From positions 1 through 42,783 of the IMG/VR virus record IMGVR_UViG_3300005077_000038: 42,783 nucleotides of DNA; one strand, 5' to 3'. Origin of the DNA: a virus. Its lineage: Duplodnaviria > Caudoviricetes. Shown in pieces: positions 9,547 to 19,656 of the stretch (positions are counted from its first letter, which is position 1; every line of letters begins with the position of its first letter). Below the pieces are notes generated by a model that worked only from the letters and a program-made list of their open reading frames with translations, searched no databases and was not told the DNA's origin. A program made the position numbers and the translations under genes.

Positions 9547-9550
9547 ATTT

Positions 9551-10339
9551 TTAACTCCCCAGTGGTAGCCAATAAACAGTGTTGGATCCTGTTACTTTCC
9601 AATAATGCCCCTTCTTGACGGGCATTGTTATCCCAGAAGGAACAGAGCTGTCGCCCGCCAGATAAGAACCGACTCTTAGAGTTGTAGGAGAGCTTGACGC
9701 ATCTGTATATCCAGTTACCCCATATCCCGGAGTAGTTGAATATGCACAAACAAAACCATCCGTCAGCGCCTCATAAACAGTGTTATTTGATTTCGATGCC
9801 CATGTGCCAAAACCAACTTGGACAGGCGTGTTGTCATCAACATATTTTTTCGTTGCCGACTGATAATCTGTCGTCGGGGTTGGAACAATTGGCGACGATG
9901 AAAATGTTTTAATCCCGGCAACAGTTTCATTTCCGGTCAATCCGACAAATGGCAACGTTGACCAGCTCAACGGGCTTGACGCTGGAGCGTTTCCGCTGTT
10001 TGAATCTGTGAGAGATTTATAAATAACACCGCTTACCTGGCACAGACTCCCCGTATAATAAACCGTGTTCGTTTCCCATTCCGGGATACCAGCCTGCATG
10101 ATGTAGGCTATTTGACGAAACGCCAGCAAAAAAAGACTGTTCATGTCCTCAATCGCAGGTTCAGATCCTGAAATAACAGCCGATTCCCATCCATCGAGAA
10201 ACGCCTGCAGACTCTGGATTGTTGCCGGGTCCTGGGTGTTCGCTGGCGATCCTGCGGCCTTACTCCCAAATGTCCCGAAATATGAAGATGTCCCGTCAGA
10301 ACCAAATAATTTTTGTAAAACACGTGTTATCTTTGCCAT
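9551..10339 (-). CDS. tail fibre protein (baseplate-anchored)
   Basis: Follows the wedge gene; IEDMNSLF...QAGIPEW...YKSLTDSNSGNAP N-terminal domain; GNETVAGIKTFSSSPIVPTPT and ATKKYVDD fibre motifs. Confidence 0.8.
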   Translation of the reverse strand: MAKITRVLQKLFGSDGTSSYFGTFGSKAAGSPANTQDPATIQSLQAFLDGWESAVISGSEPAIEDMNSLFLLAFRQIAYIMQAGIPEWETNTVYYTGSLCQVSGVIYKSLTDSNSGNAPASSPLSWSTLPFVGLTGNETVAGIKTFSSSPIVPTPTTDYQSATKKYVDDNTPVQVGFGTWASKSNNTVYEALTDGFVCAYSTTPGYGVTGYTDASSSPTTLRVGSYLAGDSSVPSGITMPVKKGHYWKVTGSNTVYWLPLGS

Positions 10340-10351
10340 CGTAAACGCTCC

Positions 10352-10951
10352 TTATAGCTTATTGATCGTGTATGAAACTCCCATTGCCGTCGGGAAAATT
10401 CCCAAAAAATCAGCGATGTCTGAAACCTGATGATACGGATCATAAACATCGAAATCTACCGTCATATCGAGATTGTCCTCAATATCAATGCTCCCGGCAA
10501 ACTCTGCGAACAGCGCCTCTTTTATTGATTTCATTGTCCGCGAAAAACAATTAAAAATAATTTTCAGTTTTATAACTGCCCTCATCTGATCATCTGTCAT
10601 GTTGGTTACCGCATCGACGAAATATCGACGCCACAAAATACCGGTTGTTCCAAGATCAGAATAGTCCGCAAAGTCAGTCCCTGCAGTTGCGGAATAATCC
10701 GTGAATTGAAAATATGTATTAGTCAAATCTAGACCATGGATTTCCCTTGTGATCCCTACTATCCTGCCCAAAATATCCAACTGCGCCCCAACTGCCTCAT
10801 CTAAATCAAAGCATGACGGTTCATCGAGCAACATTCCATCAAGCCACAACTCTCCAGCCACACTCTCAACCGTCGCAATCGCACGCGGTTTATTGGCGTA
10901 TTGTTTGATCAGGATTCCTGAATAATATGATTTCAATTCGTCTAGTGTCAT
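10352..10951 (-). CDS. baseplate wedge protein (DUF2612-like)
   Basis: LIKQYANKPRA...FDLDEAVGAQLDILGRIVGITR; follows baseplate J. Confidence 0.8.
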   Translation of the reverse strand: MTLDELKSYYSGILIKQYANKPRAIATVESVAGELWLDGMLLDEPSCFDLDEAVGAQLDILGRIVGITREIHGLDLTNTYFQFTDYSATAGTDFADYSDLGTTGILWRRYFVDAVTNMTDDQMRAVIKLKIIFNCFSRTMKSIKEALFAEFAGSIDIEDNLDMTVDFDVYDPYHQVSDIADFLGIFPTAMGVSYTINKL

Positions 10952-12111
10952 ACCACAGTCACCGATATGTTTGAGGTTGAAATAACAAATTTGTTTTTCT
11001 TTGCCGTCGGGTCCAGAATAGCCACATCAGAACCGCCATTGTTTATTGTCGCCGCAGAAACAACAACGTCCGTGCTGATATCATAAACGGCATTGATAAT
11101 CGTTGAAACGTCCGCCGTTTCATTGATTCCATAGGACAGAGCCTCCACAAGACCGGCCTTAATCGCCGCATCGTCAACTGATCCTCCTGTCTTGGATGAT
11201 ACCGTCAAATCAATGTAGAGATCCTCATCAACAGCACGATCAAAACTTATGTCAATCGTTGATGAATCAACCTGAGTGACAGAAACCGTTTCTGCCCCGG
11301 CCATCGGAACACCCATCGGGCGATAAAGGTAAATCATGGCTGCAATATCAGCATCCGATCCTCCGTCAACAACAACCCATATTCCGTGTGCCGGGATCCC
11401 GTCTCCATCGGTGCTTCCGGTAGTGTTCTCATAGACAACGGCTTGAACAACTCCATCCACCGTATAGAGTCCTCCAACAAGACCGGCAAAACATGACTGT
11501 GCAGGCAATGCAACAGACGCCTGACGCCTCAATCTCAACTCGGCATCTGTTTCCTGATCTTCCCCCTGAGTTGTCGGGGCGGATGGATTGTTAACGCTCA
11601 AGACACCCAAAACAGGAGTAACAATGGTTGTAAGCGTATTCAAAGACACCTGAACGTTTCCAATCTCAACCGCCCTGAAAGCGACCGTATTTGATCCGGA
11701 TGATAATGACTCATCATCAATCAATTCAAACAGGTTCCCAATCGAATCCGAAATTGTAAACGGTGTTGACGACTCTGACCCGTTGAGATTTAATGCCCTG
11801 TCTGTTGTAACGGTAATATCAACCTCTGTGTATGTCCCGCCCTCGCGCGTAATCCCACAAAGCTGTGATACCCCATCCAAGGCAACCCCCACAGCCTGAT
11901 CGGGATCTTTGGATGAATAATCCTGAGTTATGAAATCCGCGATATCACGGCACATAAGGGCGATCTGGTTTAATAACTGTCCGTCGGGGCTGTTCTGGTC
12001 GAGATTTATATCAGACCCATAAATTGACTGAAAAGACGATTCAAGCGACGAAATAATATCAGCCAGCGTTTTAGTTTGGATCCCCTCTGAATTTATTTGA
12101 TTGATGCTCAT
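10948..12111 (-). CDS. baseplate J/gp47-like protein
   Basis: SPDGQLL, AVGVALDG, GEDQETDAELRLR, VYENTTGSTDGDGIPAHGI motifs. Confidence 0.9.
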   Translation of the reverse strand: MSINQINSEGIQTKTLADIISSLESSFQSIYGSDINLDQNSPDGQLLNQIALMCRDIADFITQDYSSKDPDQAVGVALDGVSQLCGITREGGTYTEVDITVTTDRALNLNGSESSTPFTISDSIGNLFELIDDESLSSGSNTVAFRAVEIGNVQVSLNTLTTIVTPVLGVLSVNNPSAPTTQGEDQETDAELRLRRQASVALPAQSCFAGLVGGLYTVDGVVQAVVYENTTGSTDGDGIPAHGIWVVVDGGSDADIAAMIYLYRPMGVPMAGAETVSVTQVDSSTIDISFDRAVDEDLYIDLTVSSKTGGSVDDAAIKAGLVEALSYGINETADVSTIINAVYDISTDVVVSAATINNGGSDVAILDPTAKKNKFVISTSNISVTVV

Positions 12112-12467
12112 GGTCGAACCTCCACCATATCCCAGGTATTTGATGAAAAAATAGTTGTTATGTTATAGCTGAGCGTCAAAGTCCTGTCATCTGATGAGAT
12201 ATTGACGTCAATTTTATTGCATCGCAAAACTCCATATGACTGCAAAATCATTTCCTTAACTGCCCTCTGGATTTCTAAGTTTGTTCCCCTTGTTCCCAAC
12301 AGACGATACCAGTCTATTCCGGCCTCCAAATCGAACCAGCAGTCATTCAGAAACGAAAGGAGACGCGTTTTAATATTCTGCATAATCGCCTCATTCTCGA
12401 ATTTATATGACTGGATTCCTTTCCCAAACTGCCAATCGTTTTCACTGTCAACGGCTCTGATGTGCAT
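12108..12467 (-). CDS. baseplate wedge/sheath initiator (gp25/gp46-like)
   Basis: DWQFGKG...QNIKTRLLSFLNDCWFDLEAGIDW; position before baseplate J. Confidence 0.75.
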   Translation of the reverse strand: MHIRAVDSENDWQFGKGIQSYKFENEAIMQNIKTRLLSFLNDCWFDLEAGIDWYRLLGTRGTNLEIQRAVKEMILQSYGVLRCNKIDVNISSDDRTLTLSYNITTIFSSNTWDMVEVRP

Positions 12468-13444
12468 TAGTATTTAATCTCCACGTTAACCATTCTCCCC
12501 GGCTGGACGTTGTTGTGTGAATTTATGGCATCTGTGTGGCCTGTGTTTCCTGTTACCGTTGTTGTTTGTTTCGCATAATCTCCTCCTCCGCCTCCCGCCC
12601 CTGAAAATACTTGTTGAGTTACGCTGTGGTTGTGTTGCTGGATTCCTGATTCCTGACCGGTCAGTAAATGAGATTCTTCACCAACAGCCCCGCCTAATGT
12701 ATCTTTGTTCGGCGTAAACGAAGACGTAAGAACCCCAGCGGAGGATCCCCCCATATTATCCAGTCCGACAAAATTACGCCCCCTGAAATCGGGAACGTTG
12801 AACGTTGTTGACCCATCCCCCGCGCCCCATGTCGTTCCGATGGCGTCAAACAGTACGTCGTAATCCGTCCGGCTGATTGCCTGACCATAACACAGGATCC
12901 AGCCTGGTGAGGCTGTGGCGCGCGCTGTGGCCTTCAAATCACCTGCTTGGGCCAACCGTTCACCCGTTCGGTCAATCAGGCTTACAATGGTAGCGTTAAA
13001 TGATGACAACGGGTTGGCATTTGACCGGATCCCAACCAATGCGATAGCATCAGACAATGAATGAATCCTCTGGCTGTTCGGCTGGCTTTCGGTAACACCA
13101 GTTTGAAGCCAATTATCAATGTCACGATCGCAGAAAAACACAACACACGTGTCTCCAACCGTAACGGGTAGGGTCAGCCTGCTAACCCCACCAGTCAAAA
13201 AAATGACCGGGCATTTCAACATCAGGGGATATGAGACTACCTTGTCATTCATGTCGATATTGTTTTCTGCCGGGACAATCTCTTTGATGACTTTTTTATA
13301 ATTCATCGAAATGGTGGCCTGCTGAGTCGATGTATCGAATGATTGAATCGTCCCTATTCCGACGCAATACATAGCGGACAAAGACCGGAATATCGCCTCG
13401 TCAAGCAGATCATTCATCGTTGGTGTTGGATTATCTCTTCCCAT
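12467..13444 (-). CDS. baseplate spike (Gp138-N/gpV-like OB fold) fused to phage tail collar domain
   Basis: CPVIFLTGGVSRLTLPVTVGDTCVVFFCDRDIDNW...RIHSLSDAIALVG, then PGWILCYGQAISRTDYDVLFDAIGTTWGAGDGSTTFNVPDFRGR; start moved to ATG 13444 (AGGGAG). Confidence 0.8.
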   Translation of the reverse strand: MGRDNPTPTMNDLLDEAIFRSLSAMYCVGIGTIQSFDTSTQQATISMNYKKVIKEIVPAENNIDMNDKVVSYPLMLKCPVIFLTGGVSRLTLPVTVGDTCVVFFCDRDIDNWLQTGVTESQPNSQRIHSLSDAIALVGIRSNANPLSSFNATIVSLIDRTGERLAQAGDLKATARATASPGWILCYGQAISRTDYDVLFDAIGTTWGAGDGSTTFNVPDFRGRNFVGLDNMGGSSAGVLTSSFTPNKDTLGGAVGEESHLLTGQESGIQQHNHSVTQQVFSGAGGGGGDYAKQTTTVTGNTGHTDAINSHNNVQPGRMVNVEIKY

Positions 13445-13454
13445 TTTCTCCCTA

Positions 13455-14369
13455 TTACTCCCCACTCACAATATTAAACGGATCGTCTTTCCCCTGCGAT
13501 CCGACCATTAAAACAACGCGTGTTTTACATGATCCGGAAACGGCCCCGGAAATAACACCAAAATGACTCACTTGGATAACTTTATAAATCCCATTAAATT
13601 TCTTAAAATCAGCACTTGAACTGTCGAGTTTTATCCATTGTCCCACATCAATCCCGGGTTCAAAAATCATATCAACGGTGATCTGTAGACCGTCAATTTT
13701 AGGAGTTCCAAGTAAACCGGTTTCTGAATTAATGACTGTTACGGTTCCATCGGTTGTTTCGTTGATTTTCAAACAATAAATTTTTCCATTGTCAATGAAG
13801 CAATTTCCTTCGGTTTCCTGCTTTAAGATATCCCATGTGTTTCCGGATGCGGTAAATGAGCGTCTTTCTGTTGCGCTGAAATCTCCAATGGCTCCAACTG
13901 GGATTGAAATTTCCGAACCTGTTTCAATATCAATATATTTCAGATCTGAACATAATCTGGAAATGACATTATATTTTGAACTTGCCGGACCAGATGCTGT
14001 CCAGTCTGACCGGCTGTTTTTAAACACAAAACTATATCCGAAACAGTCAATTTCCGTCATAAAATTCGTTTGTCCTTCCATCCTGGAAGAATTGCACCAC
14101 AGGATGTCTCCTTCAAAAATCGTTGATAAATTGTCACCATATCCGGCTTCGAGTTTTATTTTTATAAACCTTGAAATCTCAACGGAATTTTTATACAGAC
14201 GGCCTCTGTGTTCAACGCTAAGATTATAAATCCTGAGTCTTGCCGTTCCGGACATCGACCATGACGCGCGCGAAATGGCAAGCTCAATGGTCATAGGATA
14301 TTCGACAACGATATCGTCATATCCGTACTCCTGAATCGTTAATTTATAGTTTCTTTGGAATTTATCCAC
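13455..14369 (-). CDS. baseplate hub protein
   Basis: ARLRIYNLS, IKLEAGYGDNLSTIFEGDI, INSETGLLGTP motifs; GTG 14369 with GGAG. Confidence 0.75.
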   Translation of the reverse strand: MDKFQRNYKLTIQEYGYDDIVVEYPMTIELAISRASWSMSGTARLRIYNLSVEHRGRLYKNSVEISRFIKIKLEAGYGDNLSTIFEGDILWCNSSRMEGQTNFMTEIDCFGYSFVFKNSRSDWTASGPASSKYNVISRLCSDLKYIDIETGSEISIPVGAIGDFSATERRSFTASGNTWDILKQETEGNCFIDNGKIYCLKINETTDGTVTVINSETGLLGTPKIDGLQITVDMIFEPGIDVGQWIKLDSSSADFKKFNGIYKVIQVSHFGVISGAVSGSCKTRVVLMVGSQGKDDPFNIVSGE

Positions 14370-14712
14370 GATACTCCGGAATAATGTTTGTCTCGACGTA
14401 ATCAATATCCGTCTCGTTTAAAATAAACATCTCAGCCCGCCCTGTTGAAAAATCATCTTTATAAATCGGCTCCTGTTTGTCTGCAGTTATGCAGGCGATT
14501 CCAAACGGCAAAATATTTTTGAACGCCCGGAGCATATTCGGAGACGTAACAACGCGCCGGTTTCTCACCTTAAATGATCCGTATTCAAGAGACAAAAACC
14601 ATCCTTTTTGTCCTGAAATAAATTCAAGGCTGATAATAACCTTATCACCATTTTCAAGAATGAATGTCATTTTTTGTTTCGGATCATCTGTTATTGATTG
14701 AATCTGCTTCAT
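14362..14712 (-). CDS. small baseplate (plug-type) protein
   Basis: 116 aa between the Dit-like and hub genes; overlapping stops/starts. Confidence 0.6.
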   Translation of the reverse strand: MKQIQSITDDPKQKMTFILENGDKVIISLEFISGQKGWFLSLEYGSFKVRNRRVVTSPNMLRAFKNILPFGIACITADKQEPIYKDDFSTGRAEMFILNETDIDYVETNIIPEYRG

Positions 14713-15464
14713 TGAACTGCCCCCGATAATGAAAAAGATGAATAATTTATTGTTTTTCCGACAATTCTCCCTTTATCTGTGAATTTTGCTATTGAATCGG
14801 CGAAACGTCCGCTTGCTTTTTTTGAAATCGTGATATTTTTTACAGTCCTGATCTGCTTAAACATGACCTGAAAGTCGCTTACAATATCAGTTTCGTCGCG
14901 CTGAATGGCAGAGATCCGCTGAATAGCCATATCTTTAAAAATTCCATAGGGTGTTTCAACTGTGCAGAGCGTTCGGCTGTTCCATAAATTGGAGAAGAAA
15001 TCAAACGCCTCACCCTGTTTCGTGTCGGCGCTGGTCTTGTCATAGAAAATATCAATGATGTTGTTGGCCTGATTGATATATGAGTTAACTGTTGACACAA
15101 CCGATTCAATTTTTGAATATGCCTGGGCGGCCTGTGCAGATAGGTTTGGCGCCAGTCCAGCGATATCCCCTAGGCTCTGAATATTTTCAAGTACTGAAAT
15201 ACCCGTTGACGATGGTTTATTCACCAATTCCCCGACAATTCCTTTAAGAACGAAAACAGCCGGGCGTTTCGCGATATGGTCCTGAACGGCATAGTTTTCT
15301 TCGACATAATGATCGGTTATTTCAGACTCGAGAGAAACTTCCTCATGGAGGACGATATCAAAAACATATCCGTTAACGCCCCTATTTATATCCTGCGATG
15401 TCACGATGTATTTATTGACAACGCTTGAAATAAATTCTTCAACTTTTGGGATATTTTCCATCAA
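14709..15464 (-). CDS. tail tube initiator/Dit-like baseplate protein
   Basis: ESEITDHYVEENYAVQDHI and VETPYGIFKDMAI motifs; directly after the TMP gene. Confidence 0.75.
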   Translation of the reverse strand: MMENIPKVEEFISSVVNKYIVTSQDINRGVNGYVFDIVLHEEVSLESEITDHYVEENYAVQDHIAKRPAVFVLKGIVGELVNKPSSTGISVLENIQSLGDIAGLAPNLSAQAAQAYSKIESVVSTVNSYINQANNIIDIFYDKTSADTKQGEAFDFFSNLWNSRTLCTVETPYGIFKDMAIQRISAIQRDETDIVSDFQVMFKQIRTVKNITISKKASGRFADSIAKFTDKGRIVGKTINYSSFSLSGAVQ

Positions 15465-16528
15465 TACTCTTTCGGGCTTAATTTATTATATGATCCCCCA
15501 AGAACTTCATTGAGGGCCTCTATTGTCATGTGTTTCATCGCTTGAGGATCAGACCCGTTAATATGAAAATTTGCTGTTACGTTATTGTTGCTTGCCTGTG
15601 ATGGCCTGGCTCCCATCATCATCATCAAAGGATCTGTCAAAAAAAACGGATTCTTTAAAACATCTAGAATTTCTCCAAAGACATCTTTAAGCGTTCCTTT
15701 TCTGGCAGAGTCTGCAAGGACAGCCCCAGACATAACAACACCCGGTATATTTCCCGTTCCAGCAGATACACCAAGCCCCAACAAGGCCAGAATCTCTTTT
15801 TTCGCTTCTTTTGCAAGGAATTCAGTAAATTTATCGACTATGTGTATTACTGGCGTAAAGATATCAGCAATAAAAGCACCGATTTGCATTACTATAATGA
15901 GGAAATTCTGACCAAATCTTTTTAATTTCTTCCGCAACGTAACCAGTTTTTCAACTGTTTCCGGATCCGCAACTATTCTATCGTCAACACTTTTCAACGC
16001 ATCTTTGTTTTTATATATCAAGAGCATCTGCTCATTAATGCCCATGAGAGACAACACGTTCCTTTGTTGGTCCGCGTCCATCTTTTTAATGCCGTTGGCA
16101 ATCTTTTCCTGCATGATAAACGCGTCGTCATAAATATCAATCCCGGCTTTACCGTATTCATTGAGCAGATAAATCCCCTGTAAAAATGAAGCATCAGGCT
16201 GATTCATTTTAAATTTCGCCTGAACCATTTGGATGTGTTTGAGGGATTGTTCTACTGTTCCGGCGGAAACTCCTACAGATTCGGCGGCGTTTGACCACTG
16301 CTTCATTTTTTGAGAGGACATTCCAGTGACAACACCGAACCGGTTCATTTCCATTGCGGTGTCGGTTGATATTTCCATGACCTTTTTTGTCGCGGCGTAT
16401 AATGCGCCAAGGCCAGCGGCGGCGAACATGGACTTCATGTCAAGATTCCCGACCATTCCGATAAAATCGTCCAGTTTGGTCAGGTCCTCTTTAAACCCCA
16501 ATTCATAAAATAACTCGCCAAGTTTCAT
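15461..16528 (-). CDS. tape measure protein (short, 355 aa)
   Basis: MKLGELFYELGF start, helical Ala/Gly/Met-rich sequence with hydrophobic segments; follows the chaperone gene. Confidence 0.75.
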   Translation of the reverse strand: MKLGELFYELGFKEDLTKLDDFIGMVGNLDMKSMFAAAGLGALYAATKKVMEISTDTAMEMNRFGVVTGMSSQKMKQWSNAAESVGVSAGTVEQSLKHIQMVQAKFKMNQPDASFLQGIYLLNEYGKAGIDIYDDAFIMQEKIANGIKKMDADQQRNVLSLMGINEQMLLIYKNKDALKSVDDRIVADPETVEKLVTLRKKLKRFGQNFLIIVMQIGAFIADIFTPVIHIVDKFTEFLAKEAKKEILALLGLGVSAGTGNIPGVVMSGAVLADSARKGTLKDVFGEILDVLKNPFFLTDPLMMMMGARPSQASNNNVTANFHINGSDPQAMKHMTIEALNEVLGGSYNKLSPKEY

Positions 16529-17114
16529 CAGGAATCCTTATTTATTTCAATAAATGACGATTCGTATTCATTCAGAAAAACTTCATATGAACTCATTGAA
16601 ACCACGAGATCGGTTCTCATCTCAAGAATTTCATCAGGCCTTCCGTGCCCCGCTTTTGATAACCTCAAGGCCGTTAATACGGCTTCGTCCTCTGTGATTT
16701 CTACTTTTGGACGTTTCCGATCTTTTCCTTTAGGGCTGATAACACGGAATTTAGATTTTTGAAAAAAGGGGCAAGGTTATAAACCATGACCTCCTTTGTT
16801 ACGGGTAAAAAATCAGCCCGGGCATTCGCGTTTTCAAATGTCTCACGTGAAATCTTTTGTCCGTTGTAGAGAACAACTCCCATGCACGGCCACAGGGCAG
16901 ATTCCACAAGATCGGACGATATCAGCCTGGCCGCTACGTTCTTGATGGTATTTAAGACGCTTTCGTTTACGTCTCCGCTCATGTCGCCAAGGGATAAATT
17001 AATATTCTCGACCTCTTTCATGACGGCCTTGAGCAGTCGATGGCCATTCTCAAACGACGCCATCTGGATTTCTACCTTTGCCCCGCTGTCAAGCGTTTTT
17101 ATTAAATTTGACAT
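16528..17114 (-). CDS. tail assembly chaperone GT, -1 frameshift product (~195 aa)
   Basis: GCC CCT TTT TTC at 16772-16761; -1 frame open for 77 codons to a TGA that overlaps the TMP ATG. Confidence 0.75.
16701..17114 (-). CDS. tail assembly chaperone (G)
   Basis: Between tube and TMP genes; contains a slippery sequence near its 3' end. Confidence 0.75.
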   Translation of the reverse strand: MSNLIKTLDSGAKVEIQMASFENGHRLLKAVMKEVENINLSLGDMSGDVNESVLNTIKNVAARLISSDLVESALWPCMGVVLYNGQKISRETFENANARADFLPVTKEVMVYNLAPFFKNLNSVLSALKEKIGNVQK

Positions 17115-17125
17115 CCACCCCTCCG

Positions 17126-17587
17126 TTAATTACCGATTGATCGAGATGTGTTGCAGAATTTAATCAAATATTTCGCAATGGCCTGTTCTGTGTCACCATC
17201 GGCATTGTCGGTCGGCTCCGGGAGCTTAACCGGCACACCGCCACTGATAATATAAGTCACCGCCGTGACGTTCCCAGATCCGTCCCCGACGTTTTTAGTA
17301 AACTCACCGGTGAGCAGCGAGAACGCTGACGGATCATTTTTAAACAGGGCAAACAGATTATTCAGAAATTTATCATCAGATGAACCCAACAAAACCCGGA
17401 TTTCAAAATCAGCCTGACGACCATCGTTCTTGAAACTTACGATTGAATTTCCGTTTTTTCCTGTTTTTACGTTTGCCAGATCATTCGGATAAGTTAATTT
17501 CGCAACGTCTCCGTCCGCGAAATCATTAAAAATCCTTCCGTTTAATTTAATTACGTCGTTTCCGACGAGTGAAATTGATTCCGCCAT
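17126..17587 (-). CDS. tail tube protein
   Basis: 153 aa directly after the sheath gene; DFADGDV...KTGKNGN pattern. Confidence 0.8.
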   Translation of the reverse strand: MAESISLVGNDVIKLNGRIFNDFADGDVAKLTYPNDLANVKTGKNGNSIVSFKNDGRQADFEIRVLLGSSDDKFLNNLFALFKNDPSAFSLLTGEFTKNVGDGSGNVTAVTYIISGGVPVKLPEPTDNADGDTEQAIAKYLIKFCNTSRSIGN

Positions 17588-17604
17588 TTTGGTTCTCCTT
17601 TATG

Positions 17605-18723
17605 TTATGCCTCTGCTGTTACGGCAACGTTAATCACATGACACGCCCCGGCTAGCTTGATGGCGATCTGAATTGTCGGAGCGACCCTCGTCTCTCTGAC
17701 AGCCTGACTCTGGGCCGAAACCGGACTGCTGTAAATATAATATCCACGCTCAGCGATATTGTTAATCATGTCCTCCTGATTCCCAAACCATTCAGACGAA
17801 TTCCAAGACCCGGGCGCGACATATCCGTTTCTTACAGCCTGCTCACAAACCTTCCTGAAAGCAGATTTAATCAGGCTCATTCCGGACTCTGTTTGCGGGA
17901 TCTTGGTGCTTACGGTTGCCAGGGTGTTATACCCTGTCACTTTAAGTTTACTTACGAACCAAACAAGGTTGAAAACATCGTCAAAAAACTCGTTGGCTCC
18001 AAAAGACGCAACCCTTGGATCACCGGCATAGCTTACGTAGAGATCAACTCCGGCGGCACTGCTTGCGTTATAATATGTCTGGGTAATGCCAGAATCAGCC
18101 GTTTGACCAACAAGCTGTTTCAGATTCATTGTAATGGCCGTCCGAGATCCTTCAAAATCAACGGACATCCCGCGTGATGCATATCTAGCCGCAAATAACA
18201 GCGCTTCCGCGTCGCTTATGGTGTAAAAAAGACATCTGGTCCTGCTTGATCCTGCGTCCTTGATATCGGTAAAATCTCCAGCAACGTCAGAATATGTGGA
18301 TGACGGGAGAAAGAAAATCTTGTCCGGGTATGCCTGGATGGTAGCGGCCAACGTGGTCCTGTCTGATCCGGTCGGCATGAAGTTACTTAAAATCCCGCAA
18401 TAAAAAACGAGACCCTTTGTTCTTTCGATTGCCGCAGCGAGAGTTTCCGCTCCAGATTGAGGAATAATGATAAGCTCACCGCCTCCGGCCAAAATGTTTG
18501 GTTGCTGGCTGAATACAGCTACCGCCAGGGCATATGCGTCTGTTCCGGTCCCAAAATCCGTTCCAACCTCTGAGGCGTTGCGGTATGTTCGGAAAGCGTC
18601 GCTTCCTGGGTTTGACAAAAACGCCTCATCAACAAATAATGCGAGATTGTTAATGTTATATTCACCAAGGCCCCCGCCCGCCTGGGAAACGCTGATATTA
18701 ATGACGTTTGATAATTCGAGCAT
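17605..18723 (-). CDS. tail sheath protein (DUF3383-like), compact 372 aa
   Basis: LSNVINISVS start; KIPQTESGM, CEQAVRNGYVAPG, GYYIYS, IQIAIKLAGACH. Confidence 0.85.
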   Translation of the reverse strand: MLELSNVINISVSQAGGGLGEYNINNLALFVDEAFLSNPGSDAFRTYRNASEVGTDFGTGTDAYALAVAVFSQQPNILAGGGELIIIPQSGAETLAAAIERTKGLVFYCGILSNFMPTGSDRTTLAATIQAYPDKIFFLPSSTYSDVAGDFTDIKDAGSSRTRCLFYTISDAEALLFAARYASRGMSVDFEGSRTAITMNLKQLVGQTADSGITQTYYNASSAAGVDLYVSYAGDPRVASFGANEFFDDVFNLVWFVSKLKVTGYNTLATVSTKIPQTESGMSLIKSAFRKVCEQAVRNGYVAPGSWNSSEWFGNQEDMINNIAERGYYIYSSPVSAQSQAVRETRVAPTIQIAIKLAGACHVINVAVTAEA

Positions 18724-18724
18724 A

Positions 18725-19276
18725 TCAATCTCCTTGTATGTTTTCTATGGTAACTGTTTCGTTTTCTGTGTTGACTTCCGCGTTAAATGTATCGTAATAA
18801 TCTGCCGACTTGGTTTTTTCATGCCACGTGATGCTCATAACCGATATCTCAAAACGGTTCAACATCGCCGCGCCCTCAACGCCTGACAGATTTTCAATTA
18901 CCGGGTTCCTGTAGAGTCTGAATGAATATTTTTCCTGACATTGCTGGGAATAGATTGATTGCAGGGCCATGATGACTTCTTCTTTTTTCTGCTCTGCCTC
19001 CCGGTTTCTCGACATAAGGCTGATCGCAGAAGAATTCAAAACGGTGAGTTCCTGGGTTTCGGTTATCCCGGAATCTGACGGTACAGGGATATTCCTGTTT
19101 GAGATGACCTTTGTAGACTTCGATTCAATAACAATAAACAGGCCATCATATTCCGGAATATCAAATCTTTCATTGAAAATATTGACTCGGTCCTCATCAA
19201 TATCAATTTCATGGATAAGAATCATCCTTATAAAATCAAGGATGGTATATTTGGATGTGTCTGTTCTGTCCTGCAT
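18725..19276 (-). CDS. neck/tail terminator protein
   Basis: Position immediately before the sheath gene; size 183 aa. Confidence 0.6.
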   Translation of the reverse strand: MQDRTDTSKYTILDFIRMILIHEIDIDEDRVNIFNERFDIPEYDGLFIVIESKSTKVISNRNIPVPSDSGITETQELTVLNSSAISLMSRNREAEQKKEEVIMALQSIYSQQCQEKYSFRLYRNPVIENLSGVEGAAMLNRFEISVMSITWHEKTKSADYYDTFNAEVNTENETVTIENIQGD

Positions 19277-19656
19277 TATCTCTCCCGGGCATAATCTTTG
19301 ATCGCTTGGTAACTAATAAACCCGAACTCCGCCCAATTATCTTTCTGCATGATCCTGTATCTCTCACCGAACAGAATGACAATCTCATCAGTTTTCAACT
19401 TGACATTTTCTTCAACATAGATCAAAAACCATTCCCATGATCTGTTTCCCTCTTTCAGGGCCACCATTCTCTCAGGCATTGGTTGGGCGTGTGCCATCGT
19501 TCTTTTGCAAATCGGTATTTCCTGTGTATACCCATCAACCTGTTGTTTTTGAACAATTTCAATCGTGGTTTTACGCAGGAATCCCAATATCCCGTCAGAA
19601 ACATCCGGGACCAGAGAAATATCTGTAAAAATTTTTTTGTTTGCCGATACAATCAT
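19276..19656 (-). CDS. head closure/head-tail joining protein
   Basis: QP...LKEGNRSWEW...GERYRIM...W..FG pattern; position. Confidence 0.65.
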   Translation of the reverse strand: MIVSANKKIFTDISLVPDVSDGILGFLRKTTIEIVQKQQVDGYTQEIPICKRTMAHAQPMPERMVALKEGNRSWEWFLIYVEENVKLKTDEIVILFGERYRIMQKDNWAEFGFISYQAIKDYARER

